Shown one piece after another: positions 1 to 9,114 of a stretch of DNA of 64,000 nt. Source of the stretch: Myxococcota bacterium (GTDB lineage Bacteria > Myxococcota_A > UBA9160 > UBA4427); the NCBI GenBank assembly GCA_965250285.1, contig OZ252299.1, forward strand, positions 1,440,001-1,504,000. Direction: 5' to 3'. The notes beneath the pieces were generated by a model. The model searched no databases and had not been told where the DNA came from. It saw nothing but the letters and a program-made list of their open reading frames with translations. Numbering within the stretch: the first letter of the stretch is position 1; every line of letters begins with the position of its first letter. The position numbers and the translations under genes were made by a program.

Positions 1-1013
1 ACCAGATCATCGAGCTCGTTGATGGCGCGCTGCGCATTCCGCAGCTGCCAGCCCACGTTGCGCAGCAGGCCGTGCACCATCAGGTAGGTCGCGATCACGT
101 AGACGGCCCCTTCGACCTGCGCACGAAACCCGGTGGCGCGGGTGAGGACGAGGGCCAGCAGCCCGCCGAGGAGCGCGAGCAGTAGCACCGACTGGACCGC
201 GCCCGCGTTCATGCTGCGCAGCCAAGAGCGCCGCGCGCGCAGGCGCCAGCGCTGGCTCACTTCGGCAAAGCGCGCGTCCTCGCGGTCTTCGGCCCCGAAA
301 GACTTGACCACGCCATTGCAGGTGATGGCGTCGGCGAGGGCGCCGCCCACCGCGGTGTCGGCATCGTTCGAAACCTGATTCGCGGGGGCGACGTAGGTGA
401 AAGACAGCCACGCGCTGATCGTCACGAAGGCGCCCACCGACGTTCCGAAGTAGATGCCGAGTGCGGGGTCGCGGAGCGACATGGCGACGGTGAAGCCGGC
501 GAGCAGCGCGAGGGTGGGCCCGAGGTCGACGACCATGGTGTCGGCGAGCGTGTCGTACGCCCAGACGCCGCGTGTGATCTTGCGCTGGGTCGAGCCGGCG
601 AAGCGATTCGTGTGCCAGTCGAGGCTGAAGCGCTGGACCTGTCGGAAGCCGTCGCCGAGCATGTTCCGCATCACCTGCGACGCGAGGTACATCCAGTTGC
701 GCAGGTAGAGCTGCTTGACGACCGACACGACGGCGAAGAGGCCGAGCAGCCAGAGCGCCGCGCGCCAGGCGGCGTCGATGGGGGCCTGGTCGAGCAGATG
801 CGCCTCGACGGCCGTCACGAGCTCGGCCGAGAGCCGCGGCACCTGGACCTCGAGGAGGACACCCGTGGCGACACCGACGGCCATGCCGGCACAGCGCCAG
901 GGCACGGTCGCCCAGTAGCGACCGACGAAGCCCAACACGGAGGCAACCGACGTGCGGTCGGCGCGCTCCTCGTCGGACTGGGCGGCGAGAGACACCTCGG
1001 CGGACTCGCTCAT
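1..1013 (-). CDS. ABC transporter permease/ATP-binding protein (exporter type), N-terminal transmembrane domain; runs off the window edge
   Basis: Absent from the ORF track because there is no stop in the window. Manual translation from ATG 1013 gives MSESAEVSLAAQSDEERADRTSVASVLGFVGRYW...QVQRFSLDWHTNRFAGSTQRKITRGVWAYDTLAD, with hydrophobic helices and a coupling-helix region typical of ABC_membrane exporters. Confidence 0.85.
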   Translation of the reverse strand, partial: MSESAEVSLAAQSDEERADRTSVASVLGFVGRYWATVPWRCAGMAVGVATGVLLEVQVPRLSAELVTAVEAHLLDQAPIDAAWRAALWLLGLFAVVSVVKQLYLRNWMYLASQVMRNMLGDGFRQVQRFSLDWHTNRFAGSTQRKITRGVWAYDTLADTMVVDLGPTLALLAGFTVAMSLRDPALGIYFGTSVGAFVTISAWLSFTYVAPANQVSNDADTAVGGALADAITCNGVVKSFGAEDREDARFAEVSQRWRLRARRSWLRSMNAGAVQSVLLLALLGGLLALVLTRATGFRAQVEGAVYVIATYLMVHGLLRNVGWQLRNAQRAINELDDL

Positions 1014-1265
1014 GTCGAGACCTCGGTGGGGCGCGCAGGGGATCGGTCCCAGGGGGCTCCGAGGGGCGCAGGACCGGAGTCTGCGGCTTCGGTCCACGTG
1101 CTGCAATGAAGCGACGCGTCATCGCCGCGATCCGCGCGACGCTGCAGCCAGGGCGGCAGACGCGGCGCGTCTGCGGCACGCTCCGCGCTCTCCCGCGCGC
1201 GCGGGCAGGACCTCACGACGACGGCTTCGGGGCCTCGCGACGGCTTCGGGCAAGGAGCGCAGCAC

Positions 1266-1988
1266 ATGGGCAAGCTCGACGGCAAGGTGGCGGTAGTGAC
1301 GGGCGGCGGCAGCGGGATCGGCAAGGCGATCACCCAGGCGTTCGCCGATGAGGGCGCGAAGGTGGTGATCGCGGCTCGCAACCTCGAGCGGCTCGAGTCG
1401 GCGGCCAAGGAGATCGGCCCGGCGGTGCATCCCGTGCAGTGCGACGTGAAGGAGGAGTCGCAGATCGAGGCGCTCTTCGACCGTGTCGATGCCGACCACG
1501 GGCCGGTCGACATCCTCGTGAACAACTCGGGTCTGGCTGCGCCGGGCCCCACCCACGAGCTCGAGGTCGAGCGTTGGAACGAGGTCATCTCGGTCAACCT
1601 GACCGGCGTCTTCCTGTGCTCGAAGCACGCGCTGCAGCGCATGATTCCGCGACAGTCGGGACGCATCCTGAACATCGGCAGCATCTCGGGGCAGAAGTCG
1701 CGCCCGCACGCGGCCGCCTACACCACGAGCAAGTTCGGCCTCGACGGCCTCACACGCTCGATGGCGCTCGACGCGCGCGAGCACGGGATCGCCGTGAGCG
1801 CCCTGCATCCCGGCAACGTCGATACCGACATCTGGCAAGGCATGCGGCAGGTGGCCGAGGCCGAAGGGCTCATCCCGCTCGAAGACATGGGCCGCGCGGC
1901 GCTCGCGATCGTCACGATGGACGATGCCGTGAACGTGCTGTCGACGATCATCCTGCCCGTGACCCAGCCCTACCTCGGTCGGGGCTAG
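1266..1988 (+). CDS. Short-chain dehydrogenase/reductase (SDR)
   Basis: TGGGSGIG, NNSG and YTTSK (YxxxK) motifs; AAGGAG RBS upstream. Confidence 0.95.
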   Translation: MGKLDGKVAVVTGGGSGIGKAITQAFADEGAKVVIAARNLERLESAAKEIGPAVHPVQCDVKEESQIEALFDRVDADHGPVDILVNNSGLAAPGPTHELEVERWNEVISVNLTGVFLCSKHALQRMIPRQSGRILNIGSISGQKSRPHAAAYTTSKFGLDGLTRSMALDAREHGIAVSALHPGNVDTDIWQGMRQVAEAEGLIPLEDMGRAALAIVTMDDAVNVLSTIILPVTQPYLGRG

Positions 1989-1994
1989 GCCGAC

Positions 1995-2104
1995 GGTCCA
2001 CGGGGCTCCATCGCCGGCACGGCCAACTGGATGGGTCCACCGGGCTTCACATCGCCGGAGAAGCCCGATCGGGGCGTCAGGCGGGCTCCATCGCCGGCAC
2101 CGCC
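1995..2104. repeat. Three degenerate ~40-bp direct repeats; the last overlaps the 3' end of the minus-strand SDR
   Basis: GGGCTCCATCGCCGGCAC exact at 2003-2020 and 2083-2100; degenerate GGGCTTCACATCGCCGG at 2042-2058. Confidence 0.75.
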
Positions 2105-2814
2105 TGGCCGACGAGGCTGTCGTCTCGGATCACGTCGAGCACGACCTTCGCGATGTCGGAGGGCTGAAGCAGCCCGCTGGCGTCGATGACGGGCTGGAGC
2201 CAGTCGGCGATCTCGCCGCCACCCGCTTCGTACATCATCGGCGTGTCGGTGAGGCCGGGGCAGACGCAGTTGACGCGTACGCCGTGGCTCTCGGCCAGGG
2301 GCACGCACGATGCGGCGAAGTGGATCACGCCGGCCTTGGTCGCCGCGTAGACGGCCTGGTGCGGCACCGGCATCTGGCCCGCGCCGGACGAGGTCGCCAC
2401 CACGACGCCGCCTCCATCGCGCTGCAGCAGGTCGAGCGCGAGCCGCGTCCCGATCACGACGCCGCCGAGATTGACGGCGACGATCGCGGCGGCGCGCTCG
2501 GGTGCGACGTCGGGCCAGCCGGCCTCGGCCTCGCCCATGCCCGCGTTCGCGTGGAGCACGTCGAGGCGGCCGAAGCGCGCCTCGATCGCCTCGAGGCAGC
2601 GCCGGGTATCGTCGACCGACGACGCGTCGGCTTCGAGGGGCAGGGCTTGCGCGCCCGCCTTCTCGACGCGTCCGACCGTGTCGGCGAGGGCGTCGCCGCG
2701 CACGTCCGACACCGCCACCCCGGCGGCGCCGGCTTCGGCGAGGGTGACCGCGGTCGCCTGACCGATGCCGCTCGCGGCGCCCGTGACCCATGCGATCTTG
2801 CCTGCGATCTCCAC
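2077..2814 (-). CDS. Short-chain dehydrogenase/reductase (SDR)
   Basis: TGAASGIG, ANAG and YAATK motifs; start re-picked at GTG 2814 behind AAGGAGG. Confidence 0.93.
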   Translation of the reverse strand: MEIAGKIAWVTGAASGIGQATAVTLAEAGAAGVAVSDVRGDALADTVGRVEKAGAQALPLEADASSVDDTRRCLEAIEARFGRLDVLHANAGMGEAEAGWPDVAPERAAAIVAVNLGGVVIGTRLALDLLQRDGGGVVVATSSGAGQMPVPHQAVYAATKAGVIHFAASCVPLAESHGVRVNCVCPGLTDTPMMYEAGGGEIADWLQPVIDASGLLQPSDIAKVVLDVIRDDSLVGQAVPAMEPA

Positions 2815-2931
2815 GGCGATCCTCCTTGGAGCGTCAAGCATAGGCGGAGGGACGGCGCTCGCGAAACGGCCCGGTCGCAGTCACGTCGACGGATCGCTGC
2901 CGAATCGACGGGTCGCTGCTAGGTTCGCCTC

Positions 2932-4077
2932 ATGCCCGGGGCGCGCCGCCGTCGATTCGATACGCCCGACGAACAATCGTCCGAGATCATCGACGCGCTG
3001 CTCGCGCGCTCGGCCGAAGTCGACGGCCTCGATCTCGAATCCCCGGCGGCCGAACAGATTCGACAGATGATCGTCACTGCGCTGCGCCTGGCCGGGGATC
3101 AGACGCCCGACGGCGACGTGCGCCTGCTGAATGCGTCGCTCAAGGAGCTGCGGCATGCGCTGCGCGTGTTCGCTCCGTATGAGCATCGCCGCAAGGTCGC
3201 CGTGTTCGGCAGCGCGCGGACCGCGCCCGAGCATCCGGCGTACCGGCAGGCCGTCGCCTTTTCGGAGCGCATCACCCGGGCCGGGTGGATGGTGATCACC
3301 GGCGCCGGCGACGGGATCATGGGCGCGGCGCAGGAGGGGGCCGGGCGCGACGACTCGTTCGGTCTGAACATCCGGCTGCCCTTCGAGCAGCAGGCGAACG
3401 AGACGATCCGCGGCGACGAGAAGCTCATCAACTTCCGCTACTTCTTCACGCGCAAGGTCATGTTCGTCAAGCCGTCTCATGCGATCGCGTTGATGCCCGG
3501 CGGCTTCGGGACCCACGACGAGGGGTTCGAGACCCTCACGCTCATCCAGACGGGCAAGGCCGAGATCGTGCCCGTCGTCTGTCTCGACGAGCCGGGCGGC
3601 AGCTACTGGCGCGACTGGGAGCAGTACGTCGTCGAGCACCTCGCAGCCCGGCATCTGATCTCCGAAGACGATCTCGCGCTCTTCGATGTCACCGACGATG
3701 TCGACGACGCCGTGCACACGGTGATGAACTTCTACAGCAACTATCACTCGAGCCGATTCGTGCGCGACCGCATCCTGATGCGGGTCTGGCAGGCCCCCGA
3801 CGAGGCGCAGCTCGCCGAGCTGAACGACCGCTTCGCCGACGTCGTGAAGGAAGGATCGATCGAGGTCATCGAGGCCGCGCCGCCCGAACGACACGAGGTG
3901 CCGGGGCTCCCGCGCCTGTCGTTCTGCTTCGACCGACGCAAGGTCGGTCGGCTGCGGCAGCTCATCGACTTCGCGAACTCGTGGGTATCCGTCGCGGCGT
4001 CGTCGCCCGAGGAGGCATGCGCGCACGAACTCGTCCCGGGCGAGGTGCCCGAGGATTTCGACGACGTCATCTGGTAG
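2932..4077 (+). CDS. LOG-family (TIGR00730-like) nucleotide phosphoribohydrolase, extended form
   Basis: VAVFGSART, ITGAGDGIM, FRYFFTRK and PGGFGTHDE motifs. Confidence 0.9.
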   Translation: MPGARRRRFDTPDEQSSEIIDALLARSAEVDGLDLESPAAEQIRQMIVTALRLAGDQTPDGDVRLLNASLKELRHALRVFAPYEHRRKVAVFGSARTAPEHPAYRQAVAFSERITRAGWMVITGAGDGIMGAAQEGAGRDDSFGLNIRLPFEQQANETIRGDEKLINFRYFFTRKVMFVKPSHAIALMPGGFGTHDEGFETLTLIQTGKAEIVPVVCLDEPGGSYWRDWEQYVVEHLAARHLISEDDLALFDVTDDVDDAVHTVMNFYSNYHSSRFVRDRILMRVWQAPDEAQLAELNDRFADVVKEGSIEVIEAAPPERHEVPGLPRLSFCFDRRKVGRLRQLIDFANSWVSVAASSPEEACAHELVPGEVPEDFDDVIW

Positions 4078-4223
4078 CTCAGGTGGTCGCTCAGGCGCTG
4101 GCCGCCGCTGGCCGATGAGCCCAGGGCCTGTCCAGATCTCCGGGGCAGGCGCGACCCGTCCGTCGACGCGGTAATCTGGCCAGCCGAGCGCCGTCGGATC
4201 CGCGCCTGAGAGGAGTGCAGCCC

Positions 4224-5477
4224 ATGTCGTCCAAGCCGCTCACCACCGGCTACGAACTCGTCCACCCCGACTACTACGCCGAGCATGGCCCGCCCTACGC
4301 GCACTGGGATCGCCTGCGCGCTGAGTCGCCGGTGCACTATTGCGAAGTCGAGAACGTCGAGCCCTTCTACGCGATCACGCGTCAGGAGGAGATCAAGACC
4401 ATCTCGAAGACGCCCGAGCTCTTCCTCTCGGAGCCCGGCATCACCCTGCTGCCCACCGACCGTGAGATCGACCGCGACTCGGGCATCGGCGCGATGAAGG
4501 TCGTCATCAACACCGACCCGCCCGAGCACCGGGATCTACGCAAGGTGGCGAGCCCCTGGTTCACGCCGCGAGCCCTGCAGAGCATGGAGGCGGCAATCGA
4601 GGAGAGCGCCAAGCAGCTGGTCGACGATCTCGCGAAGGACGGCAGTGAGCAAGAGACCGACCTCGCGATGGGGATCGCCGTCAGCCATCCGCTGCGCGTG
4701 CTGTGTCGTGCGATCGGTGTTCCGGTCGAGCAGGAGCGCGACATCCTCGAGCTCTCGAATCGACTCTTCGCGCCCGACGACGAAGAACTCGGCGGCGGCA
4801 AGAACACCAGCGAAGACTTCGCCGAGCTCGGCCAGCGCTTCATGGAGCTCTTTCTGCCGATCGTGCAGGATCGCCGCGCGAACCCGACCGGCGACCTGGC
4901 GAGCATCATCGCGAACGCGCAGATCCATGGCGAAGCGATGGGGCCGATGGAGACACTCGGCTACTACCTGATCGTCTTCAATGCGGGGCACGACACGACC
5001 AAGAACTCGCTCGGCGGCGGCTTCTGGCAGCTCATCGAGAACCCGGCCGAGTTCGCGAAGATCCAGGCCGACCCCTCGAAGGTGCCCGACGCCGTCGAAG
5101 AGATGATCCGGTGGGCGTCACCCGTGAACTACATGAAGCGGACCGTCGCCGAGGACACCGAGGTCGCCGGCCAGCGCCTGAAGAAGGACGACGTGCTCGT
5201 CATGTTCTATGCGTCCGCCAACCGGGACGAGGCGGTGTTCGAGAACCCGTACACGTTCGACGTAAGCCGGCGCCCGAACCGCCACATCGCCTTCGGCTAC
5301 GGCGAGCACTTCTGCATGGGCGCGCACTTCGCGCGGCGCAGCATGGCGGCCATCGTGAATCAGCTGGCCCGGCGCGTCGAGCATTGGGAGATGGTCGGCG
5401 AGCCCGACTGGATCCGAGCGAGCTTCGTCGTGGGCTTGAAGCACTGCCCGGTGCGCTACCGGATCCGCCCCGAGTAG
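4224..5477 (+). CDS. Cytochrome P450
   Basis: AGHDTT I-helix, EEMIR (ExxR) and FGYGEHFCMG haem-thiolate motif; GAGGAG RBS before ATG 4224. Confidence 0.97.
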   Translation: MSSKPLTTGYELVHPDYYAEHGPPYAHWDRLRAESPVHYCEVENVEPFYAITRQEEIKTISKTPELFLSEPGITLLPTDREIDRDSGIGAMKVVINTDPPEHRDLRKVASPWFTPRALQSMEAAIEESAKQLVDDLAKDGSEQETDLAMGIAVSHPLRVLCRAIGVPVEQERDILELSNRLFAPDDEELGGGKNTSEDFAELGQRFMELFLPIVQDRRANPTGDLASIIANAQIHGEAMGPMETLGYYLIVFNAGHDTTKNSLGGGFWQLIENPAEFAKIQADPSKVPDAVEEMIRWASPVNYMKRTVAEDTEVAGQRLKKDDVLVMFYASANRDEAVFENPYTFDVSRRPNRHIAFGYGEHFCMGAHFARRSMAAIVNQLARRVEHWEMVGEPDWIRASFVVGLKHCPVRYRIRPE

Positions 5478-5503
5478 CTGCGGCGCCAGCCCGGCTGCAC
5501 GAC

Positions 5504-5947
5504 GTGCCCGCCCTCCGCATCGAGGCCTTCGCGCGCGAAGACCAGGCGGCGGCGCGCGCGCTCGTGTTGCAGGGCCTCGGCGAGCACTGGGGGCAGATCG
5601 ACGAGAGGCTGAACCCCGATCTCGACGACATCTCGGCGAGCTATGCCGACGGATGCTTCGTGGTCGCCCGCTGCGGTGACGCGCTCATCGGGACCGGCGG
5701 ATTCCGGCCGCACGACGCGAGCAGCGTACAGATCCACCGCGTGTCGGTGGCGGCGGCCCGCCGTGGGGAGGGGATCGGCGAAGCGATCGTGCGGCGTCTA
5801 CTCGACGAGGCGCGTCGTCTGGGCTTCGAACGCGCGGTCCTCGAGACGACGGCCAGCTGGCGTGGCGTCGTCGCCTTCTGGAAGACCCTCGGTTTCGTGC
5901 CGACCCACGTCGTTGGCGGCGATCAATACTTCGAGCTTCGGCTCTGA
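5504..5947 (+). CDS. GNAT family N-acetyltransferase
   Basis: C-terminal part of ORF 4703..5947 from GTG 5504; VAAARRGEGIG acetyl-CoA motif and FWKTLGF. Confidence 0.85.
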   Translation: MPALRIEAFAREDQAAARALVLQGLGEHWGQIDERLNPDLDDISASYADGCFVVARCGDALIGTGGFRPHDASSVQIHRVSVAAARRGEGIGEAIVRRLLDEARRLGFERAVLETTASWRGVVAFWKTLGFVPTHVVGGDQYFELRL

Positions 5948-5948
5948 T

Positions 5949-7349
5949 CTAGGTCGGCGTCGACTCGTCCTGCGCACTCGCTCGAAGGTCGAGCGCGGCC
6001 TGGATGCGCTGGTGCTCGGCTTCGTCGAGCGAGAAGCGCGCGAAGAGCAGGGCGCCGATCCCGTAGCAGACGAACGGGAACAGCGAATAGAGGCCGAGGA
6101 TCGAGCTGCGCGCGAGCGGCGTCTGCTCGACGTTGGGCGTGAAGCCGGACCACTCGAGCACCAGACCCGTCAGCATGAGCGTGACGCCGGTCGCGCTCTT
6201 GAACGTGAAGTTCCAGGCAGCGAAGTACGAGCCTTCCTTGCGCTGCCCGGTCTCGAACTCGTCGTAGTCGATGATGTCCGACTGGATCGACGGACTCATG
6301 ATCGACCCGCAGCCGTTTGCGGTGCCCGCGATCGCGGCGAGTACGCTGATCAGCACGATCGCGCCCTCGCTGATGAAGAACATGCCGCCGAACGCCAGCC
6401 CGGTCACGACCATCGAAGCCAGCCAGAGGTTCTTCTTGCCGAACCGGCGCGCGAGCGGCGGCCAGATCGGCGTCGAGAGGACGTTGGGCGCCATGTAGAA
6501 CGCGATGAACACGGCGGTCAGGTCGGGGCGGCCGACGATGTACTCGGCCACGTAGGGTGTCAGGATCGCGATGGTCGCGCCGCCCAGGCTCTCGATCAGG
6601 AACACCGCCAGTAGGAGCCGCGCGTGCCGATTGCGCCAGACGTCGCCGTAGGCCGAGAGCGGGTTCGAAGCCCCGCGCCCCTGGTACTCGGATCGCTCAC
6701 GAAGCCGCACGACTGCCCAGAGGATCAGCAGCCCGGTGCAGGCCGCGACGGCGATCGCCATCGTGTGCGCTGCGGCGCGCGGCGATGCGGCGTTGATCAT
6801 CAGCTGCATCAACACGACGGCGACGATCGAACCCAGGCTCCAGATGATGTGGCGCCAGGCGAAGACCCGGGAGCGCCCGTGGTAGTCGCTCGTCAGCTCG
6901 GCGCCGAGCGACTGGTGCGGGACGATGAAGACCGTCATCGCGGTGTAGAACCCGATCACGGCCACCGCCATCCAGAGGGTCGTCGCCGACGCCGAGAGAT
7001 CCGACGGCGGGCTCCACATCAAGAAGAACGCGAGCGCGACGAGCGGCGCCGCGGCGAGCAGCCACGGTCGACGTCGGCCGAGGGGGGACGTCGTCCGGTC
7101 GCTCAAGAAGCCCGCCACGGGGTCGGAGATCGCATCCCAGACGCGCGAAATGAAGAAGATCGTCCCCATCGCCGCCGGTGACAGAAGCAGCGCGTCGGTC
7201 GCGAACTTCATCATGTACAGCGACACGAGCAGGAACATCAGCCCGACGCCAAAGGTCGGCATCGCGTACGCGACGACCGTGCCGAGCCCGACGTCGCCGC
7301 CGGAGCGGGCGTTCGAGGGGGGCAGGTCGGTCGTGGGCGCAGTGGCGAT
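5949..7349 (-). CDS. MFS glycoside-pentoside-hexuronide (MelB-like) cation symporter
   Basis: SRVWDAISDPVAGFLSDRT..GRRRPW and SDIIDYDEFETGQRKEG motifs, many TM segments. Start uncertain: ATC 7349 behind AGGA, or ATG 7262. Confidence 0.9.
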   Translation of the reverse strand: MATAPTTDLPPSNARSGGDVGLGTVVAYAMPTFGVGLMFLLVSLYMMKFATDALLLSPAAMGTIFFISRVWDAISDPVAGFLSDRTTSPLGRRRPWLLAAAPLVALAFFLMWSPPSDLSASATTLWMAVAVIGFYTAMTVFIVPHQSLGAELTSDYHGRSRVFAWRHIIWSLGSIVAVVLMQLMINAASPRAAAHTMAIAVAACTGLLILWAVVRLRERSEYQGRGASNPLSAYGDVWRNRHARLLLAVFLIESLGGATIAILTPYVAEYIVGRPDLTAVFIAFYMAPNVLSTPIWPPLARRFGKKNLWLASMVVTGLAFGGMFFISEGAIVLISVLAAIAGTANGCGSIMSPSIQSDIIDYDEFETGQRKEGSYFAAWNFTFKSATGVTLMLTGLVLEWSGFTPNVEQTPLARSSILGLYSLFPFVCYGIGALLFARFSLDEAEHQRIQAALDLRASAQDESTPT

Positions 7350-7378
7350 AAGGTCGGGTCCTGGGCGGGCGGGTCGGG

Positions 7379-8440
7379 CTACGAGGCCGTGGCGGGCGCG
7401 TGATCGGCGATCTGCTCGAAGAGTCTGCGTTCGATGCCGGCCACGCGGCTCGCGATCTTCGAAGCCCGGTCCCAGACGCCGTCGGGCGCGCCCTCTTCGC
7501 TCACCTGGGCGAGCTCGGCCGAGATCGCGGTCCAGCCGTCGGCTGCCTCCCAGGCGAGCCCCGGGGCCGTCTCGGGCACGAGCTTCTCGTCGAGTGCGCG
7601 CGCCCACTCGAGGAAGCCCGCGTAGAGCCGCCTGAAGTTGCCGCCGCCGTTGCCAAACTTCTCGATCGCGCGGGCGTTGAAGCTGGCGAGCCAGGCGGAC
7701 TTCGGGTGGTCACCCCAGCCCGGCAGGTCTTCGGCGAACGCGACGATGGCTTCGATGCCGCCGTGAACGCCAGGCGCGTTCGCAAAGGACGGCTTGTCGT
7801 CGGGGCCGGGCGGCGGCTCGGCCGGTGCCAGGCCGAGCATCTGCTCCGCACACATCGAGAGCGCCCGCGCCGCCGACTCGGGCAGGTCGTAGCCGAGCTC
7901 GGTGCCGTGAAAGCGACCCCAGAGGTTGTACGTCGACATGCCCTCCGGCGGGTTGCGACTCGTGCGCAGGGCGCCATACGAGCAGGCCTCGGGCACGTCC
8001 CGGATGCGGTCGGCGATGAAGGCCTTCTCGGTCTCGTCGTCGAAGCCGAGCAGCACGAAGCGGTGCGACGGAAAGTGCACCTTGTACTCGCGGTAATCGA
8101 GGTAGAGGATGTCGCCGGTCAGCATGGTCGGCCGGCCTGCGAGCACCTCGTCGCGCGCGATCTGCCATGCGTCGTCGTCGTCGTCGACCGTCGCCTCACG
8201 GTAGTCGAGGCCGAGGTTGCGACCGAGGTCGACCTCGAGGGTGGCGGTGCGGCCGAAGATCGCCTTGGGCGGATCCATGAAATCGGAGTCGATGAACATC
8301 GCGCCGAGACCGGCGCCCAGACCGAAGACGGCCGGCTCGGGCAGCTCGAGGCCGCAGTAGTGCTCGAGCAGGCCGCGCATCGAGGCGCTGCCACAGTGCT
8401 CGCCCGGGTAGATCCGGTAGCCCTCGATCATGTGTCGCAT
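7379..8440 (-). CDS. BtrH_N / DUF4872-type papain-like (C39-related) protein
   Basis: GEHCGSASMRGLL (putative catalytic Cys), HFPSHRFVLLGFD (His) and C-terminal IEKFGNGGGNFRRLYAGFL; start ATG 8440 after GGAGG. Confidence 0.8.
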   Translation of the reverse strand: MRHMIEGYRIYPGEHCGSASMRGLLEHYCGLELPEPAVFGLGAGLGAMFIDSDFMDPPKAIFGRTATLEVDLGRNLGLDYREATVDDDDDAWQIARDEVLAGRPTMLTGDILYLDYREYKVHFPSHRFVLLGFDDETEKAFIADRIRDVPEACSYGALRTSRNPPEGMSTYNLWGRFHGTELGYDLPESAARALSMCAEQMLGLAPAEPPPGPDDKPSFANAPGVHGGIEAIVAFAEDLPGWGDHPKSAWLASFNARAIEKFGNGGGNFRRLYAGFLEWARALDEKLVPETAPGLAWEAADGWTAISAELAQVSEEGAPDGVWDRASKIASRVAGIERRLFEQIADHAPATAS

Positions 8441-8526
8441 GCGGGTGCCTCCGGTCTCGCTCGTCGGTCGTGGGATGCGGTGCCCGACAGGGCATCCGAG
8501 CTCAGGCCCGTCGCGGGTTCCGAACA

Positions 8527-9012
8527 CTACCCCCGCGGTCGCGGGGGCGCATCCGCCGGCAACGCTTCCGGTGCGAGCTCGAGTCGCATCCGGCGATGCT
8601 CGATTCCGGCCTCGAGATAGACCGGTCCCTCCGCGACGTAGCCGATGGCCTCGTAGAAGGGCAGCGCCTGGAGCTGTGCCGAGATTTCGATACGCGGGTG
8701 TCCCCGCTCGCGCGCCGCGTCGGTGAGAAACTGCATCAGCGCCGACCCCACACCGCGGCGCCGCCAGTCGGCGTGCACCGCGACGCGGCCGATATGGCCC
8801 TCCGCGTCGAGGCGAGCGGTGCCGACCGGGGTGTCGTCCGGGTCGAGTGCGATGGCGTGCGTGCAGTCCGGGTCAGCGTCGTCCTCCTCGATCTCGGGCG
8901 GGACGTTCTGCTCGTCGACGAAGACGGGCACGCGCACCGAGAGCAGGGCGCGGCGGTCACGTGACCAGTCGGCGAGGCGCACTCGAAACGGCGGGGTCTC
9001 TTCGGCGTGCAT
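8527..9012 (-). CDS. GNAT family acetyltransferase (YjcF/ElaA-like)
   Basis: VRVPVFVDEQNVP, IGRVAV..WRRRGVG, FYEAIGY and EAGIEH motifs. Confidence 0.92.
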   Translation of the reverse strand: MHAEETPPFRVRLADWSRDRRALLSVRVPVFVDEQNVPPEIEEDDADPDCTHAIALDPDDTPVGTARLDAEGHIGRVAVHADWRRRGVGSALMQFLTDAARERGHPRIEISAQLQALPFYEAIGYVAEGPVYLEAGIEHRRMRLELAPEALPADAPPRPRG

Positions 9013-9046
9013 CGGACTCCCTCTCGCGTGGAGTGCCATGCTGCCG

Positions 9047-9085
9047 AAGAAGAACAAGGGCCGCCCGGCTGCGGCCGGACGGCCC
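9047..9085 (-). terminator. Intrinsic terminator of surface-protein paralogue 1
   Basis: Minus strand GGGCCGTCCGGC-CGCA-GCCGGGCGGCCC followed by TTGTTCTTCTT. Confidence 0.75.
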
Positions 9086-9114
9086 CGTCACACGCCACGC
9101 GATCGCCTCAGGCG

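Noticed and set aside
7..1179. 390-aa minus-strand ORF in the track
   Set aside because: Arg/Pro-rich shadow frame. The real gene is the ABC exporter in another minus frame starting at 1013.
4703..5503. N-terminal extension of the GNAT ORF overlapping the P450
   Set aside because: Alternate-frame read-through with no protein-like composition.
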